This document shows positions 26,077 to 38,700 of a stretch of DNA of 64,000 nt, piece after piece. The stretch comes from Amphiura filiformis (lineage: Eukaryota). How positions within the stretch are numbered: the first letter of the stretch is position 1; each line of letters starts with the position of its first letter. The translations under genes and the position numbers were made by a program. Where the stretch lies: contig NC_092646.1 in NCBI RefSeq assembly GCF_039555335.1, forward strand, positions 36,987,911-37,051,910, read 5' to 3'. A model generated the notes under the pieces. It was not told the DNA's origin, made no database searches, and saw only the letters and a list, made by a program, of their open reading frames with translations.

Positions 26077-26257
26077 GCTATTCCAGTTGGAATCCATACA
26101 CCCCCTATTGAAGACATGACCTTAATCCGCCACATAGGGAGTGTGAATTTTAGATAGGGTTACCTGAATGGGTGACTCCATTTGAAATCTACACCCCCTG
26201 TGTTGGAGATTACAGTCATGTCTTCCATAGGGGGCGTGTGGGTTTCAACTGGAATAG
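26077..26257. repeat. Family H, 2 units forming a larger palindrome.
   Basis: gctattccagttggaatcc ... ggtttcaactggaatagtc. Confidence 0.8.
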
Positions 26258-26339
26258 TCCATATATCTTATGAGGCAATCATTTTTGCAGGCTTCCACAT
26301 CCTGAAATTAACTGTTAAAGGTCTTTAAAATAAATAAAT

Positions 26340-26645
26340 GTTGTTTGATTTAACGTGCGCTTCAGCTAGGCATGACCTAATTATCAGCACACTTCAACAA
26401 TCTGCCATTAGGATATATCAGAATCATTTCCGCTTCACCAAGTCCGCAACTGATGCGCAGGTACTCTCAGCGACTTAGATTGTGATTACTCCCAGCAGCT
26501 CCCCATTTTACACCTGGGTGGAGTGAAGCAATTGGGAATTAAGCTTAAGGGTGCAACACACTGGCTGTGGTGGGGCTCGAACCCGCAACCTTTCGATTAT
26601 GAAGCTCGTGCCCTAACCATTGGGCCACCGTGCTGACACAATCAA
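26340..26645 (-). mobile_element. tRNA-derived SINE, or a tRNA pseudogene plus tail.
   Basis: Minus-strand 26535-26610 reads GGTGGCCCAATGGTTAGGGCACGAGCTTCATAATCGAAAGGTTGCGGGTTCGAGCCCCACCA. It has a D-arm, a GTTCGAGCC T-loop and a CCA end, but imperfect stems. The body continues to an A/T-rich tail near 26340. Confidence 0.55.
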
Positions 26646-27859
26646 CAGACTCGTACCCCATTTTTCTTCATCAAAACTGAAATTTTGGTATTAAAATAAA
26701 GCTTATTAACCCAGAAAATTTAATGCCCAAGATATTTGTCTACATGGTGTTAAGAAAAATGTGGTAAAGTGTGGTAACCACGCCGGAAGTATGTACTATC
26801 CTATGGGGCATTGTTATACACGTTTTTGCTTTTCATATCAAAACCGCTGGAGCAATACAACTCCAAATTGAGAGTTTTTAATGGTATGCTTCACACACAA
26901 GATAGAACACAGAGCATGAAAAATTGGGCCATGCCCTTTAAAAACGTGCAACTAAAACATTCACTAATTCAGAAAGTATGCATTATGAGAATTTTCAACT
27001 GTTAAAGGTCTTTAACCCGATCAACAGTCTCATACCCAACTTAATGTATTGCACCAGCTAATTTTCACAGTAAGACCAACTGATGGTATGTCATATTGGT
27101 TGAATATAGATTTACTAAAAATAACTCTCAAATTAATATTTGTGTCCTTTTTTTGTCAATATTGTGGTGGGTCACCTTTTTCAACAATAGAAACAGCAAC
27201 TACATTCAGAGTGAAGTACTCTTATAATTTTGTGTGGTTACAAGGCTTGGACCAACAAAAAAAAGAAAAGAAATATAAATAAATCAACATCCAGTACCAA
27301 CTTTGATTTGTCATCATTAGTGCCCCCTCTAATTAGCCCCCCCCCCCCATTATAATGTACACATTGTAAGCACCCCCTGTTAGCATGCAAGTGGGTAAAA
27401 AGTGTTATCAAATCACTGGTACCGGTGATTTAAACCATCTGGCCTGTGTTTTTATGCCTGTGACATATGCGTCCAGTTTTTATTTCTATTATTGTGAATT
27501 ACAACACTGCTTTGCATAGAAATGGCCATTGTGACTTTTCAGAATATACATATATATACTATAGAAGTAGTTATTTTCACATGCAGAAGTTTTTTTGCAA
27601 TTTCTAACAAAGGGGAGCTTTATGCATGATCATATTTTTATGCCATAACAATGTTATTATATATATGACAATTTAAGTTAATGTTCGAGTGTTGATTAAA
27701 TTTGTGGCCTCGCCTCTACTGGTTAAATTTGTGAAAAATAACCCCCTTGAAAATTACCACTTGTACTTGTACCTGTAGTACATTTAGAACAAGTATCCAT
27801 ATGAAATGGCTTTATAAATGCCTAGTGTGCAAAATTCCAAATGCCTGGTGTGCAAAATT

Positions 27860-28350
27860 AGGTTTAAAGCCATACTGTATGATTTCCGGCAAATTTTAGT
27901 TTTGTTATGCTGAAATAATATTAGTAATTAACAACCAGGAAGGTTTTCTTTCCATTTAAAGCTTAAAAAAAGGAAAGTGAAAGAAACCACACTGGCTACA
28001 GTTTGTCCACTCTGAAGTACAAAGTGACAACGCGAGCGTATACAGCGCGTAAACAGTGCACGGTGCTGCGTCTCTGCTGCAGATATGCGTGCCTTCAAAG
28101 TCGGCACAATGTGTGCGTCCGCGTCGGTACTTTGTACTTCAGAGTAGACTGACTGTATTTTGGTCATTTAACATGGAGCTCTATGGTGGACTTTATATCA
28201 AAATTGCTCTGTTGACCTACAAACACAACAAATTTTGCTGATTCCATTTAGGTGTAAGTTGGGACATCATTGTGTAAACATTACAAATATGCTAAAAAAA
28301 TCAGGTTTGAAAAAACAAAATTCATATTAAAGATCGTACATTATGGCTTT
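27860..28350 (+). mobile_element. Family X copy 2, carrying an extra internal ~150-bp hairpin (27985-28145).
   Basis: Same blocks as copy 1. The insert ctctgaagtacaaagtgacaacgcg ... cgcgtcggtactttgtacttcagag forms a stem. Confidence 0.7.
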
Positions 28351-28668
28351 AATTATGGTAAGTACTAGCAGGAGACAATGAAAGATCAGATTCATTGTCA
28401 AAGTAGTGCATAGCAGAATTATAATTTGTAGAAGATGCTGCAAGATGAGGAACACCTTGAGGAAAGCATGTGAAAAAAACACTGAAATTGAGCTTAAATT
28501 GAAAATTGTATGTGTGTTTCTTGCATTTTTGTTGGTAAAGAATATCTCTACAGTGCCTGATAAAAATAATGTCATTAAGCAGTAGATCAAAGTCATTTGA
28601 AACCATAGTGATCCAGGCCAAGTTTATTATTATGCTGGATAATTTGACATGCACTTGCTCTGGCAATG

Positions 28669-28852
28669 CGCTATTCCAATTAAAATCCTTACACCCTACG
28701 GAAGGAAGACATCGCCTTAATCTCCCACACAGGGGGTGGATTTGAAATGAAGTCACCCTTCATGTAACAACATTTAAAATCTACAACCCCTGTGTGTGGA
28801 AGATTAAGGTCATATCTTCCATAGGGGTGGATGGACTTCATCTGGAATAGCC
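28669..28852. repeat. Family H, 2 units.
   Basis: Same structure. The ORF 28349..28756 (-) is an artefact. Confidence 0.8.
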
Positions 28853-29009
28853 TAATACCCTGATCTTTTTTAGTAAAAATAATGTCGCATGAAAGACGGA
28901 AACCACTCAGCCTTGTAGTATATAAGAAATCGTTAGATCCTATTTTCTTTTAATATTTGCTGTAGATATCGTCTCTGACTTCTGATTTAAGGAATCAGAT
29001 AGTAAGGTT

Positions 29010-29600
29010 TGCACCGTATTTTTTGTGGGATCTGAGAGCAAATCAGACATATCGAATTACATTCTGAATACAAGGAATGTCCTGATATTAAATAATTTTT
29101 GATTTTTTGAAATTCGCGATACAATACAAATTTTATGGTAAATTAATCAAATTTGATATTTTTGATATTTAACAGTCCTCGAAGTAAACATTATAAATCT
29201 AATGATATGTACTTAAAGTGTATGTTGCTGGGATGAAAAGCTGACCATCAATTGAAAATTTTGACCTTTCATATTGAAGATATACATTTTTTTCCCCAAA
29301 AGACCTCAATTATTTTGGTGGATTTGGAAAAAATGTTATATCTTCGATACGAAAGGTCAAAATTTTCATAAGATGGATGGTTTTTCATCCCAGGTCCATA
29401 TACTTTAAGTACATATCATTAGATTTATACAATTACTTTGAGGACTATTAAATTAAAAATATCAATTTTAATCATTGCCATAAAATGTAATATATCATAA
29501 ATTTGACAAAATCTAAATTATTTGATATCAGAAGGACATTTCCTTGTTTTCAAAATACAATTTGATATGTCTGATGTGCTCTCAGCTCCCACACACACAA
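29010..29600. mobile_element. FB-family perfect palindrome of ~590 bp.
   Basis: The left arm 29010-29300 is the reverse complement of the right arm 29310-29600, centred at ~29305. Confidence 0.85.
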
Positions 29601-30404
29601 AAAAACAAAAACAATGTGAACACATGACTTTCTTGTGTGTCTTTTTGACCCGACGGACATGTGACAGACGCCTGTTGTTTTTGTTGTTCAGACTGGTTGT
29701 TGCTTGTGTGTCTTTTTCAATACCTTTAAAAATGACATCTACACCCCCTCTATACCCCTCTGCAAGATCTTTCTTGTGTGCCTAGACACACAAGAAAAAA
29801 TTGACATACAAGCTAGTTTTGTACTAAAAAAAAGACACACAAGCAAAGCCTTGTGAGAACATCACTACCCAAGCCCTTAAAAGGATAATACAGGCTGTAT
29901 CAAAATGATTGGTACCCATTGGTTTTGGTGTTTATTGAAAAGCCAGCTTTTTTCAAAGGCGACATTGGAGTGACCAGAAATTATATTTCATAACCTTTAA
30001 TCACTAAAATGTATTCATAACCTCATTAATATACGCAGCAAGTGCGATCCAATCACAGATAATAACTTTTAAATATGCGGACGCAAATGCAGGTCATTGA
30101 AAAAGTATAATGACCGCGTCTCATCGGAAGAAAAACGTGGAGGGAAAGAGTGTAGATCTCGGGGGACGCCGTGCCATTGAACAAAATAAGCGGACGCTGG
30201 CCGCCGTATTTGGACATCGCATGATTGCGTGCTAGTGTGATTGGTCGCTAGCGGTATTTCCGTAATGGGCTATTCGATTTTTTACAGGAAAAACGACAGA
30301 TAGGTTAAAATTTTGTTCAGTTTTCAAATTAAAAGAAGAAAATGTGATGTAAATTGATTTAAAAAATGAAAAGTGACAGTTATGAATGAGGTTTTATGAC
30401 TTTG

Positions 30405-30545
30405 CATCAGTTATTTTTCGGGTATTGTGAAATACCTAAACATTTTGCTTGGACCTCGGAATATCCCTCAGGGATGCGCCCCTCGGGATATTCCTCGGTG
30501 CCAAAGCACAATGTTTAGATATTTCACAATACCCGAAAAACAACC
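30405..30545. repeat. ~140-bp hairpin-forming inverted repeat.
   Basis: gttatttttcgggtattgtgaaatacctaaacatt ... aatgtttagatatttcacaatacccgaaaaacaac. Confidence 0.7.
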
Positions 30546-30730
30546 GATGCGCCGTCATTAACCTCTAAACAAGTATTGGTGGATCTTATGTTGCACTTTG
30601 CTGATGAGGCAGTCTAGTCCATAATCTGAAAACTGATGGATATCAATCATTTTGATAGCTTATTAGCATATCTCTTTTAAAGCATACTATTTTTTCTGGT
30701 GGGTCTTTAGCTGGCTAATGGGCTGTTTAA

Positions 30731-30980
30731 TATAAAATCCACACTACCCCTGTGGAAGATTTTAGAAATCTTTTGGGTGAGCATGAATTTCAAATAGAAT
30801 GAGCACATTTGCAGCTCTATTTGAAACTGGCCCTCCCTCAGTGGAAGATTCAGATTGAATCTTTCTCAGAGAGTGTATAAACTGCCTAATGTGTTCATTG
30901 TATTTGAAATTCATACTCCCCCTGCGGAAGATATTTCCAAAATCTCCCACAGGGGTAGTGTGTATTTTAAATTGAATAGC
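30731..30980. repeat. Family H, 3 units.
   Basis: Same structure. Confidence 0.8.
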
Positions 30981-31289
30981 ACAATATTCATGGATTCAAG
31001 ATTTTTTTCTATTGAGATGTACTCTCTGGAAAATACCTGATGATACCAACTTCCCATCACATCATTCATGCACAGCTGCACGGGCAATTTATAGCAATTT
31101 CCGACATGTGTCCCTGTAATAGGTTTTCAGCTATCTGTGTTTCTATTGATAGTATTTATTGATGTAATCCAATTTTTTTCCCATTCTGATGAACATGTTA
31201 TCTACTGATGATAGTATTTACTTCATACAAGATATATAACATGAATTTATACAAAGCATTTCATTAACAGGGGTAGTAGAAATATTTGT

Positions 31290-33720
31290 GTTAAAATAGG
31301 TGTACTACATAGCATTATCTACTGATAGTATTGAATAGTAAGTCCTGAAATATGTGCGATGAAGTGGGTTACAATTTATCTACTGGAGGTAGCATTGAAA
31401 ACTTCAGTGGAATGTGTGTAATAAATTGGACATGCTATGTACTGAAGATAACACTGAAAACTTAAATGGAATATGTGTGATGAAATGTATTACACAAACT
31501 TTAAATAGACATGCTACAAAAACAATGTATCTACTGAAGATAGCATTGAAAACTTGATTGGAATATGTGTAATAAAACAACAAAGATACTATCTAGTATC
31601 TACTGAAGATATAGCATTGAAAACTTGACTTAAATATGTGTGATGAAATGTATTACACAATTTAAAAAAAAAGGCATGCTAGAAAAACAATGTATCTACT
31701 GAAGATAGCATTGAAAACTTGACTTGAATATGTGTGGTGAAATGTATTGAATGCAAACTTTAAAATAGACATGCTATCTACTGAAGATAGCACTGAAAAC
31801 TTGACTTGAATGTGTGTGGTGAAATGTATAAATGCAAACTTTAAAATAGACATGCTATCTACTGAAGATAGCATTAAAAACTTGACTTGAATATATGTGA
31901 TGAAATGTATTACACACATTTTAAAATAGACATGCTATCTACTGAAGATAGCACTGAAAACTTAACTTGAATATATGTGATGAAATGTATTACACAAATT
32001 TTAAAATAGACATGCTATCTACTGAAGATAGCACTGAAAGATTGACTTGAATGTGTGACAAATTATATTAAATGCAACTTAAAAATGGACATGCTATCTT
32101 CTGAAGATAGCATTAAACACTTGCCTGGAATGTGTGTAATAAAATGGACATGCTATCTACTGAATATAGCATTGAAAACTTGACTTGAATATGTGTGGTG
32201 AAATGTATTACACAAACTTTAAAATAGACATGCTATCTACTGAAGATAGCACTGAAAACCTGACTTGAATCAACATTGTGACGAATTGTATTAAATGCAA
32301 ATTTAAAATGGACATGTTATCTTCTGAAGATAGCATTGAACATTTGACTGGAATGTGTGTAATAAAATGGACATGCTATCTACTGAAGATAACACTGAAA
32401 ACTTAACTTGAATATGTGTTATAAAATGTACATGCTATCTACTGAAGATATAGCATTGAAAACTTGATTTATGTATATTTGGTGAAATGTATTACACAAA
32501 CTTTAAAATAGACATGTTATCTACTGAAGATAGCACTGAAACATTGACTTGAATGTGTGACAAATTGTATTAAATGCAACTTTAAAATGGACATGTTATC
32601 TTCTGAAGATAGCATTAAACACTTGACTGGAATGTGTGTAGTAAAATGGACATGCTATCTAAGAAGAAAGCACTGAAAACTTGACTTGAATATGTGTGGT
32701 GAAATTTATCACACAAACTTTAAAATGAACATGTTATCTACTGAAGATAGCACTGAAACATTGACCGAAACATGTGAAAGGAAAATGGATGTATGCTATC
32801 TACTAAAGGAAGCACTGAATTCTTGAAATATATTATGCCAACTTCAAAATAGATATGCTATCTACTGAAGATAGCACTGAAAACTGGAATATGTGTGATA
32901 AATTGGACATGCTATCTTCTGAAGATACCACTGAAACCTTGACATGAATATGTGCAGTTAGATGTATTACACCAACTTTAAATTGGACATGCTGTCTACT
33001 GAAGATAGCACTGAATGCTTGAATGAAACGTGTGTAATGAAATGGATATATGCTATCTACTGAAAATAGGAATTCTTGACATGAATATGTGTGATGAAAA
33101 TTATCACACAAACTTTAAAATGAACATGTTATCTACTGAAGATAGCATTGAATGCATGACTGAAACATGTGTAATGAAAATGGATGTATGCTATCTACTG
33201 AATTAAGGAAGCATTGAATTTTTGAAATATATTACACCAACTTCAAAATGGATATGCTATCTACTGAAGATAGCACTGGATGCTTGACTTGAAAGATGTA
33301 TGATGAAATGCTATCTACTGAAGATAGCACTGAAAACTTGACTGCTATCTTCTGAAAGATACCACTGAAACCTTGACATGAATATGTGCAGTTAGATGTA
33401 TTACACCAACTTTAAAATGGACATGCTATCTACTGAAGATAGAACTGAATGCTTGACTGAAATATGTGTAATAAAATAGTCACATTAGACATTCTATCTG
33501 CTGAAGGTAGCACTGATTCTTGACTTACAGATTCATGATGAAATGCTATCTACTGAAGATACTAAAATTTTAACTGGAATATGTGTAATAAATTGGATGT
33601 GCTGTCTACTGATGATAGCACTGAAAACCTTGGCTTGAATATATGTTTGATGAAATATATTACACAAACTTTTGCTATCTACTGAAGGTAGCAAGCAGTC
33701 AAAACTTGACCTGACACTCA
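31290..33720. repeat. Satellite array, ~82-bp unit x ~30.
   Basis: The unit is gacatgctatctactgaagatagcactgaaaacttgacttgaatatgtgtgatgaaatgtattacacaaactttaaaata. The core gctatctactgaagatagc is itself a near-palindrome. The ORFs 31662..31919, 32833..33111 and 33533..33721 are artefacts. Confidence 0.9.
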
Positions 33721-34184
33721 TCTCCAGTTTTGAACCAGAGCTCCCCCCACTTGACTTTCTTCACATAAACTTTGATGAAAATATTATGTGTTTTCTCACA
33801 ATTTAAGATCAAAACTACCCAAGAAAGCTCTATATCATGCATAAAACATCAACATTTTCACAGAGATGCCAATTTTCCAAATAAATTTGGAATTTTTTGC
33901 AATTTTTACAAAAAAAGTCTGATAAAAAAATGCACATTTCGCTTAAAACAATATTGCCGTCCATTTCTAATTGTCACCCCCATAGGCTTTACATGTAAAA
34001 TAAAAAGGCTCGTAAAAATTTAATAGCCTCTAGTAAGGATGTAAAATTCACACCAAATGCTTTTTGAGTGATTACAAAGATAATTAAATACTTTTCATTC
34101 GGGGGCTATGTGGAATTTTTTTTTATGTATTCCTTGTACAATGACATTTCACAATAAAATGTCCATTGGAAACAAAGGTGTGAA

Positions 34185-34900
34185 GGAAGCACTGAATTCT
34201 TGAAATATATTACACCAACTTCAAAATGGATATGCTATCTACTGAAGATAGCACTGGATGCTTGACTTGAAAGATGTATGATGAAATGCTATCTACTGAA
34301 GATAGCACTGAAAACTTGACTGCTATCTTCTGAAAGATACCACTGAAACCTTGACATGAATATGTGCAGTTAGATGTATTACACCAACTTTAAAATGGAC
34401 ATGCTATCTACTGAAGATAGAACTGAATGCTTGACTGAAATATGTGTAATAAAATAGTCACATTAGACATTCTATCTGCTGAAGGTAGCACTGATTCTTG
34501 ACTTACAGATTCATGATGAAATGCTATCTACTGAAGATACTAAAATTTTAACTGGAATATGTGTAATAAATTGGATGTGCTGTCTACTGATGATAGCACT
34601 GAAAACCTTGGCTTGAATATATGTTTGATGAAATATAATACACAAACTTTTGCTATCTACTGAAGGTAGCAAGCAGTCAAAACTTGACCTGACACTCATC
34701 TCCAGTTTTGAACCAGAGCTCCGGCAGCTCCCCCATTTGACTTTCTTCACATAAACTTTGATGAAAATATTATGTGTTTTCTCACAATTTAAGATCAAAA
34801 CTACCCAAGAAAGCTTTATATCATGCATAAAACATCAACATTTTCACAGAGATGCCAATTTCCCAAATTAATTTGGAATTTTTTGCAATTTTTACAAAAA
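34185..34900. repeat. ~715-bp segmental duplicate of 33195-33910, covering the satellite's 3' edge and its unique flank.
   Basis: The two blocks are near-identical (~99%) and separated by ~275 bp of unique sequence. The ORF 34511..34828 (-) duplicates ORF 33533..33721. Confidence 0.85.
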
Positions 34901-34985
34901 CATTTTACAAAATTCAGTGCCTAAATTCAGCGTATTGATACCCTAATTTAATGGTTTATAACATTGTTATTTTTGTGTTTTTCAG

Positions 34986-35083
34986 GTCTCAATGGTTGGA
35001 TGAGGATGTAACAAGACAAAGTACCTGTGACTTAGAGGCAGATGCCGTCGCTGTCGATATATTAAATAGATTGGAAATAGAAG
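34986..35083 (+). CDS. REV3L: REV3L-like exon: (R)SQWLDEDVTRQSTCDLEADAVAVDILNRLEIE-
   Basis: Acceptor tgtttttcag| and donor GAAG|gtgagc. Matches human PQSTCELDVDAVAADILNRLDIEAQ. Confidence 0.82.
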
Positions 35084-37305
35084 GTGAGCATTGAATGATG
35101 TACACTGCAGATTTTACCTTTTTTGTTAACCCCATGGACTCCACTGCATTTCTTACCACGCCCCGATTGGTTAATCACATTATATATGATAATCTGGGTA
35201 ACCAATCAAAATAGAGCTTTTATATGTGACACGATCTGGTCCATGGGGGGCCAAAGGCGGCATTTTTGAAAATTTAGTTACTGTGATTATTATATTATAC
35301 ATAGGCTATCATTTACTGAAAACACCAAAGGTCTAGCATACTTGGTTCTTAAGTTATAAAGTTTTTTGATGTCTATTTTCTTATGTATTTTATTGTTTTT
35401 TGTTAAATATTTTTACCTTTACCTCAGTTTCAAATTTGCCGCCTTTGGCCCCCATGGACCAGATCATGTCACATATCTCTCTGCATTTTTAAGCTTAATC
35501 CCTTTCAGCCTGACGGGCTATTCTTACCATATGTGACCGTTCACTACGATTGAGCCGTAAATTCCTCCCCTGGTCAATTTAGTTTTATTTCATGTTTAGA
35601 AAATATATATATCATAAGCTTTAAAATGGTATATCATTTGACTTCAAACGATATCCAGAAGCAGGGTTATGGTTTGTTGAACTTTGCTCTTTCTACATGT
35701 GTCTCTTTTTCCATATTGCTGGTAAAAATATCAAACAGTCATAATTGGCGGTCATTTCAAATCATCCCCAAGTCAACGAGGTCCTCTCACCACTTGAACA
35801 GGATTTAGCCAAAGCAAACAAAGACCAGAGCTATTTAAAAATTCTATAGAAATAGGTAGAAGCTTATTATCCTCTTCAGCAATATGATTATTGATTGCTT
35901 TAAAAGATGTTTGACTAGCGCAATTAAAATCAGATACTTGTCACACCAACTTGAGGTACGTATGAATATGACCTTCATGCACATTTTACACTATAACTCG
36001 GAATACAATTTAGGACATTTACGGCTCATTCGTCGTGTACGGTCACATATCTGATATCCCTGATTGGCTCAATACATGATATAATCCACTTTTTAACCAA
36101 TCAAAATAGTTCTTCAGGTAATCTGGTCGGTAATGCCATGGGGTTAAAGCCTATAGTTTGCGTCTGACAATCAACTTCCTCACAGCCCATGATTGTTTAG
36201 TGGTATGTAAAAGGAAGGTTGATTCATCTGGTGCCTTCATCGAAGAAAAGGAATTGCAGAAAATGGCCAAAAATGATGGTACTTTAAATAGGCATTGTTG
36301 ATATGGTGGTTCAGGAAAGAAAGTTTCCAATTTACGACTAGGTGCAAAATTAAGCATAGAGCACAATGTTTTACCGTTGCATTCAGAAATTTCAATCATC
36401 ACAACAAGTTGTAAACTCTACACCCCCGGGATGATGTGTTTTGCGACACTCAAAAGGGGGAATGAGGTGGAAGTACCCTCTTGGAATAGTGCTTGGGGAA
36501 GTTGGGAAAAGGTTGATTGCCTTGTGCACTTTTATAGACAACATACATGTAGACTTGCAAAGTTGTGAAAAAACACTAAAAAAATGAAAAATGCACCTGA
36601 ACTATTTCATACAATTTGTGCATGATATTTTCAAAGATGCAGGTATCTCATTCAATGGTTTATGTAATAATATGTACCAGTTCTTTGAATAATGTAATCA
36701 GTAACAAAGGCTTTAAAGCCTAAATAATGATCACAAAATGGTTAAGTTAATCAGCAATGAATGAAACTAATTGGTATCTAACATATATTATGTTCCCTGC
36801 AAGCAAATCTTGTACCCTTCCCAGAATCCTTTGCAACATGATATACGGGCCTCATTTCACGTAACTTTGTACAGGTTCCCTTTGTTTTTATGTTGAGATT
36901 AGAATGGTTCAATATGGGTCAATAAGGGATGCACCATAAGATATTATCAGGGAAAATGTGCCTCACTGATGAGTAAAAAAATGTTTTCCCTACCCAGCTC
37001 TGTATGGACCCCATTGGAAATAAGTTGGCATATTTAGCCAACTTTATGGGTTATCCTGGCTCATTGACTTGGTTGTGTGTTTCTTGTGATGATGATTGAT
37101 TGCTTATTTGTTATTTTCTGTATTGTTGTCAATTTTGCCAAATAAATAATAAATAAATAAATATACATTAACATTGAAAAAAAAAATTGCCCCCAAAGGC
37201 AGTGAAAAAAAAATATGCCGCCTTAGGCGGCGAAAAAAAAAAATTCCGCCTGACACTAACTCCCTAGCCCCCAATAATATTTAATGGTGCGTCCCTAATA
37301 AAAAA

Positions 37306-37640
37306 AGCAATATTTTGCAACATCTGGATGTACTCTGTTCATTGCAGTACATTTCATCACTATTCGCTACTTGCACGGTTCCGCCATTATGCACTATGTG
37401 CGGGGAGAGCCTCGAACTGGCAGCATACATGAATGGGAATTGAACTAGGCATAACGTTCTGTGTAAGGTTACATAATTCTTCCTTTCATGTATGCTGCCA
37501 GTTCGAGGCTCTCCCCGCACATAGTGCATAATGGCGGAACCGTGCAAGTAGCGAATCAACCAATTTTCCACTAGATAGCAAATCAGTACAGGAAATTAAA
37601 GTGGTTGAAATGCATTGTGGGAAGTGTAAAATATCTATCT
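37306..37640. repeat. Dispersed repeat (homologous to 508-640) carrying a ~190-bp insertion that is a 70-bp perfect inverted repeat.
   Basis: The inverted repeat is 37367-37436 / 37490-37559 (tcgctacttgcacggttccgccattatgcactatgtgcggggagagcctcgaactggcagcatacatga) with a ~53-bp loop. Its flanks align with 508-640, which lacks the insert. Confidence 0.75.
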
Positions 37641-37787
37641 TCTCTGGCATTATTTTATCAGCTTTTGTAGTTTGTTATGCTTCAGGAAATATCCAGATAT
37701 CTAAAAATAACATTTTTATATCTAATGTATTCATTTTATTATAATCTAACCATGGATGTTCAGTGGAGGATGGTGAGGACATGGTGC

Positions 37788-38270
37788 TGTTCCATTTGAA
37801 ATCTATACACCCCCTGTGGAAGACATGACCTTAATCTTCCACACAGGGAGTGTAAATTTCAAATGGGATTGCCTGAATGGGCGATTCCATTTGAAATGGG
37901 ATTGCCTAAATGGTGATTCCAGTTGAAATTTACACCCCCTGTGGAAGACATGACCTTAATCTCCTACACAGGGAGTGTGAATTTCAAATGGGATAATCTG
38001 AATGGGTGATTCCATTTGAAATCTACACCCCCTGTGAAGGACATGACCTTAATCTTCCACACGGGGAGTGTGAATTTTAAATGGGATAGCCTGAATGGGC
38101 GATTCCATTTGAAATCTACACCCCCTGTAGAAGACATGACCTTGTCTTCCACACAGGGAGTGTGAATGGGGTAACCTGAATGGGTGGCTCCGTTTGAAGT
38201 CTACACCCCTTGCGCAGGAGAGAAAGATCATGTCTTCCATAAGGGGTATGGATTTCAACTGGAATAGCAC
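37788..38270. repeat. Family H, ~6 units with internal tandem duplication.
   Basis: Repeated gattccatttgaaatgggattgcct.aatgg. The ORFs 37964..38152 and 38049..38306 (-) are artefacts. Confidence 0.8.
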
Positions 38271-38425
38271 AATTGTCTGTTTTTTATGTTTCCTTCCTTG
38301 TTTCACAAAATTTTACTGACTTACTGTAATCGGTTTTCAACTAACACTGAAACACAAGTTGTCTTAGTTTGTTTTGTTTTCTGGCATACTAAAATTTATA
38401 TAAAAAAAGAATAAGCTAAAGTGGG

Positions 38426-38700
38426 TTATTCCATTTAAAATCCACACTACCCCTGTGGAAGATTTAGCTCAAGTCTGTCACAGAGGAAGTATCAATTTTG
38501 AATAGAATTGACAATTGGGAAACTTCCATTTGAAATACTCACTCCAGCTGTGGAAGATATTGGTAAAGCCATAATACAGGGGAAGTATGGGTTTCAAAAT
38601 GATTATCTCTGGCCAATTACATTTGAAAAACATACTCCCCCTTTGTACGATATTTCCAAAATCTTCCACAGGGGTAATGTGGATTTCAAGTGGAATAGCC
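38426..38700. repeat. Family H, 3 units.
   Basis: Same structure. The ORFs 38478..38723 (-) and 38508..38894 (+) are artefacts. Confidence 0.8.

Noticed and set aside
31290-33720. Regularly spaced ~82-bp direct repeats, which look superficially like a CRISPR array.
   Set aside because: This is a eukaryotic context, the repeats are contiguous with no unique spacers, and the units are diverged. It is a satellite.
31662-34828. ORFs with internal repeats (SVDSMSILKFAF...) at 31662, 32833, 33533 and 34511.
   Set aside because: They are translations of the 82-bp satellite. ORF 34511 is a duplicate of ORF 33533 because of the segmental duplication.
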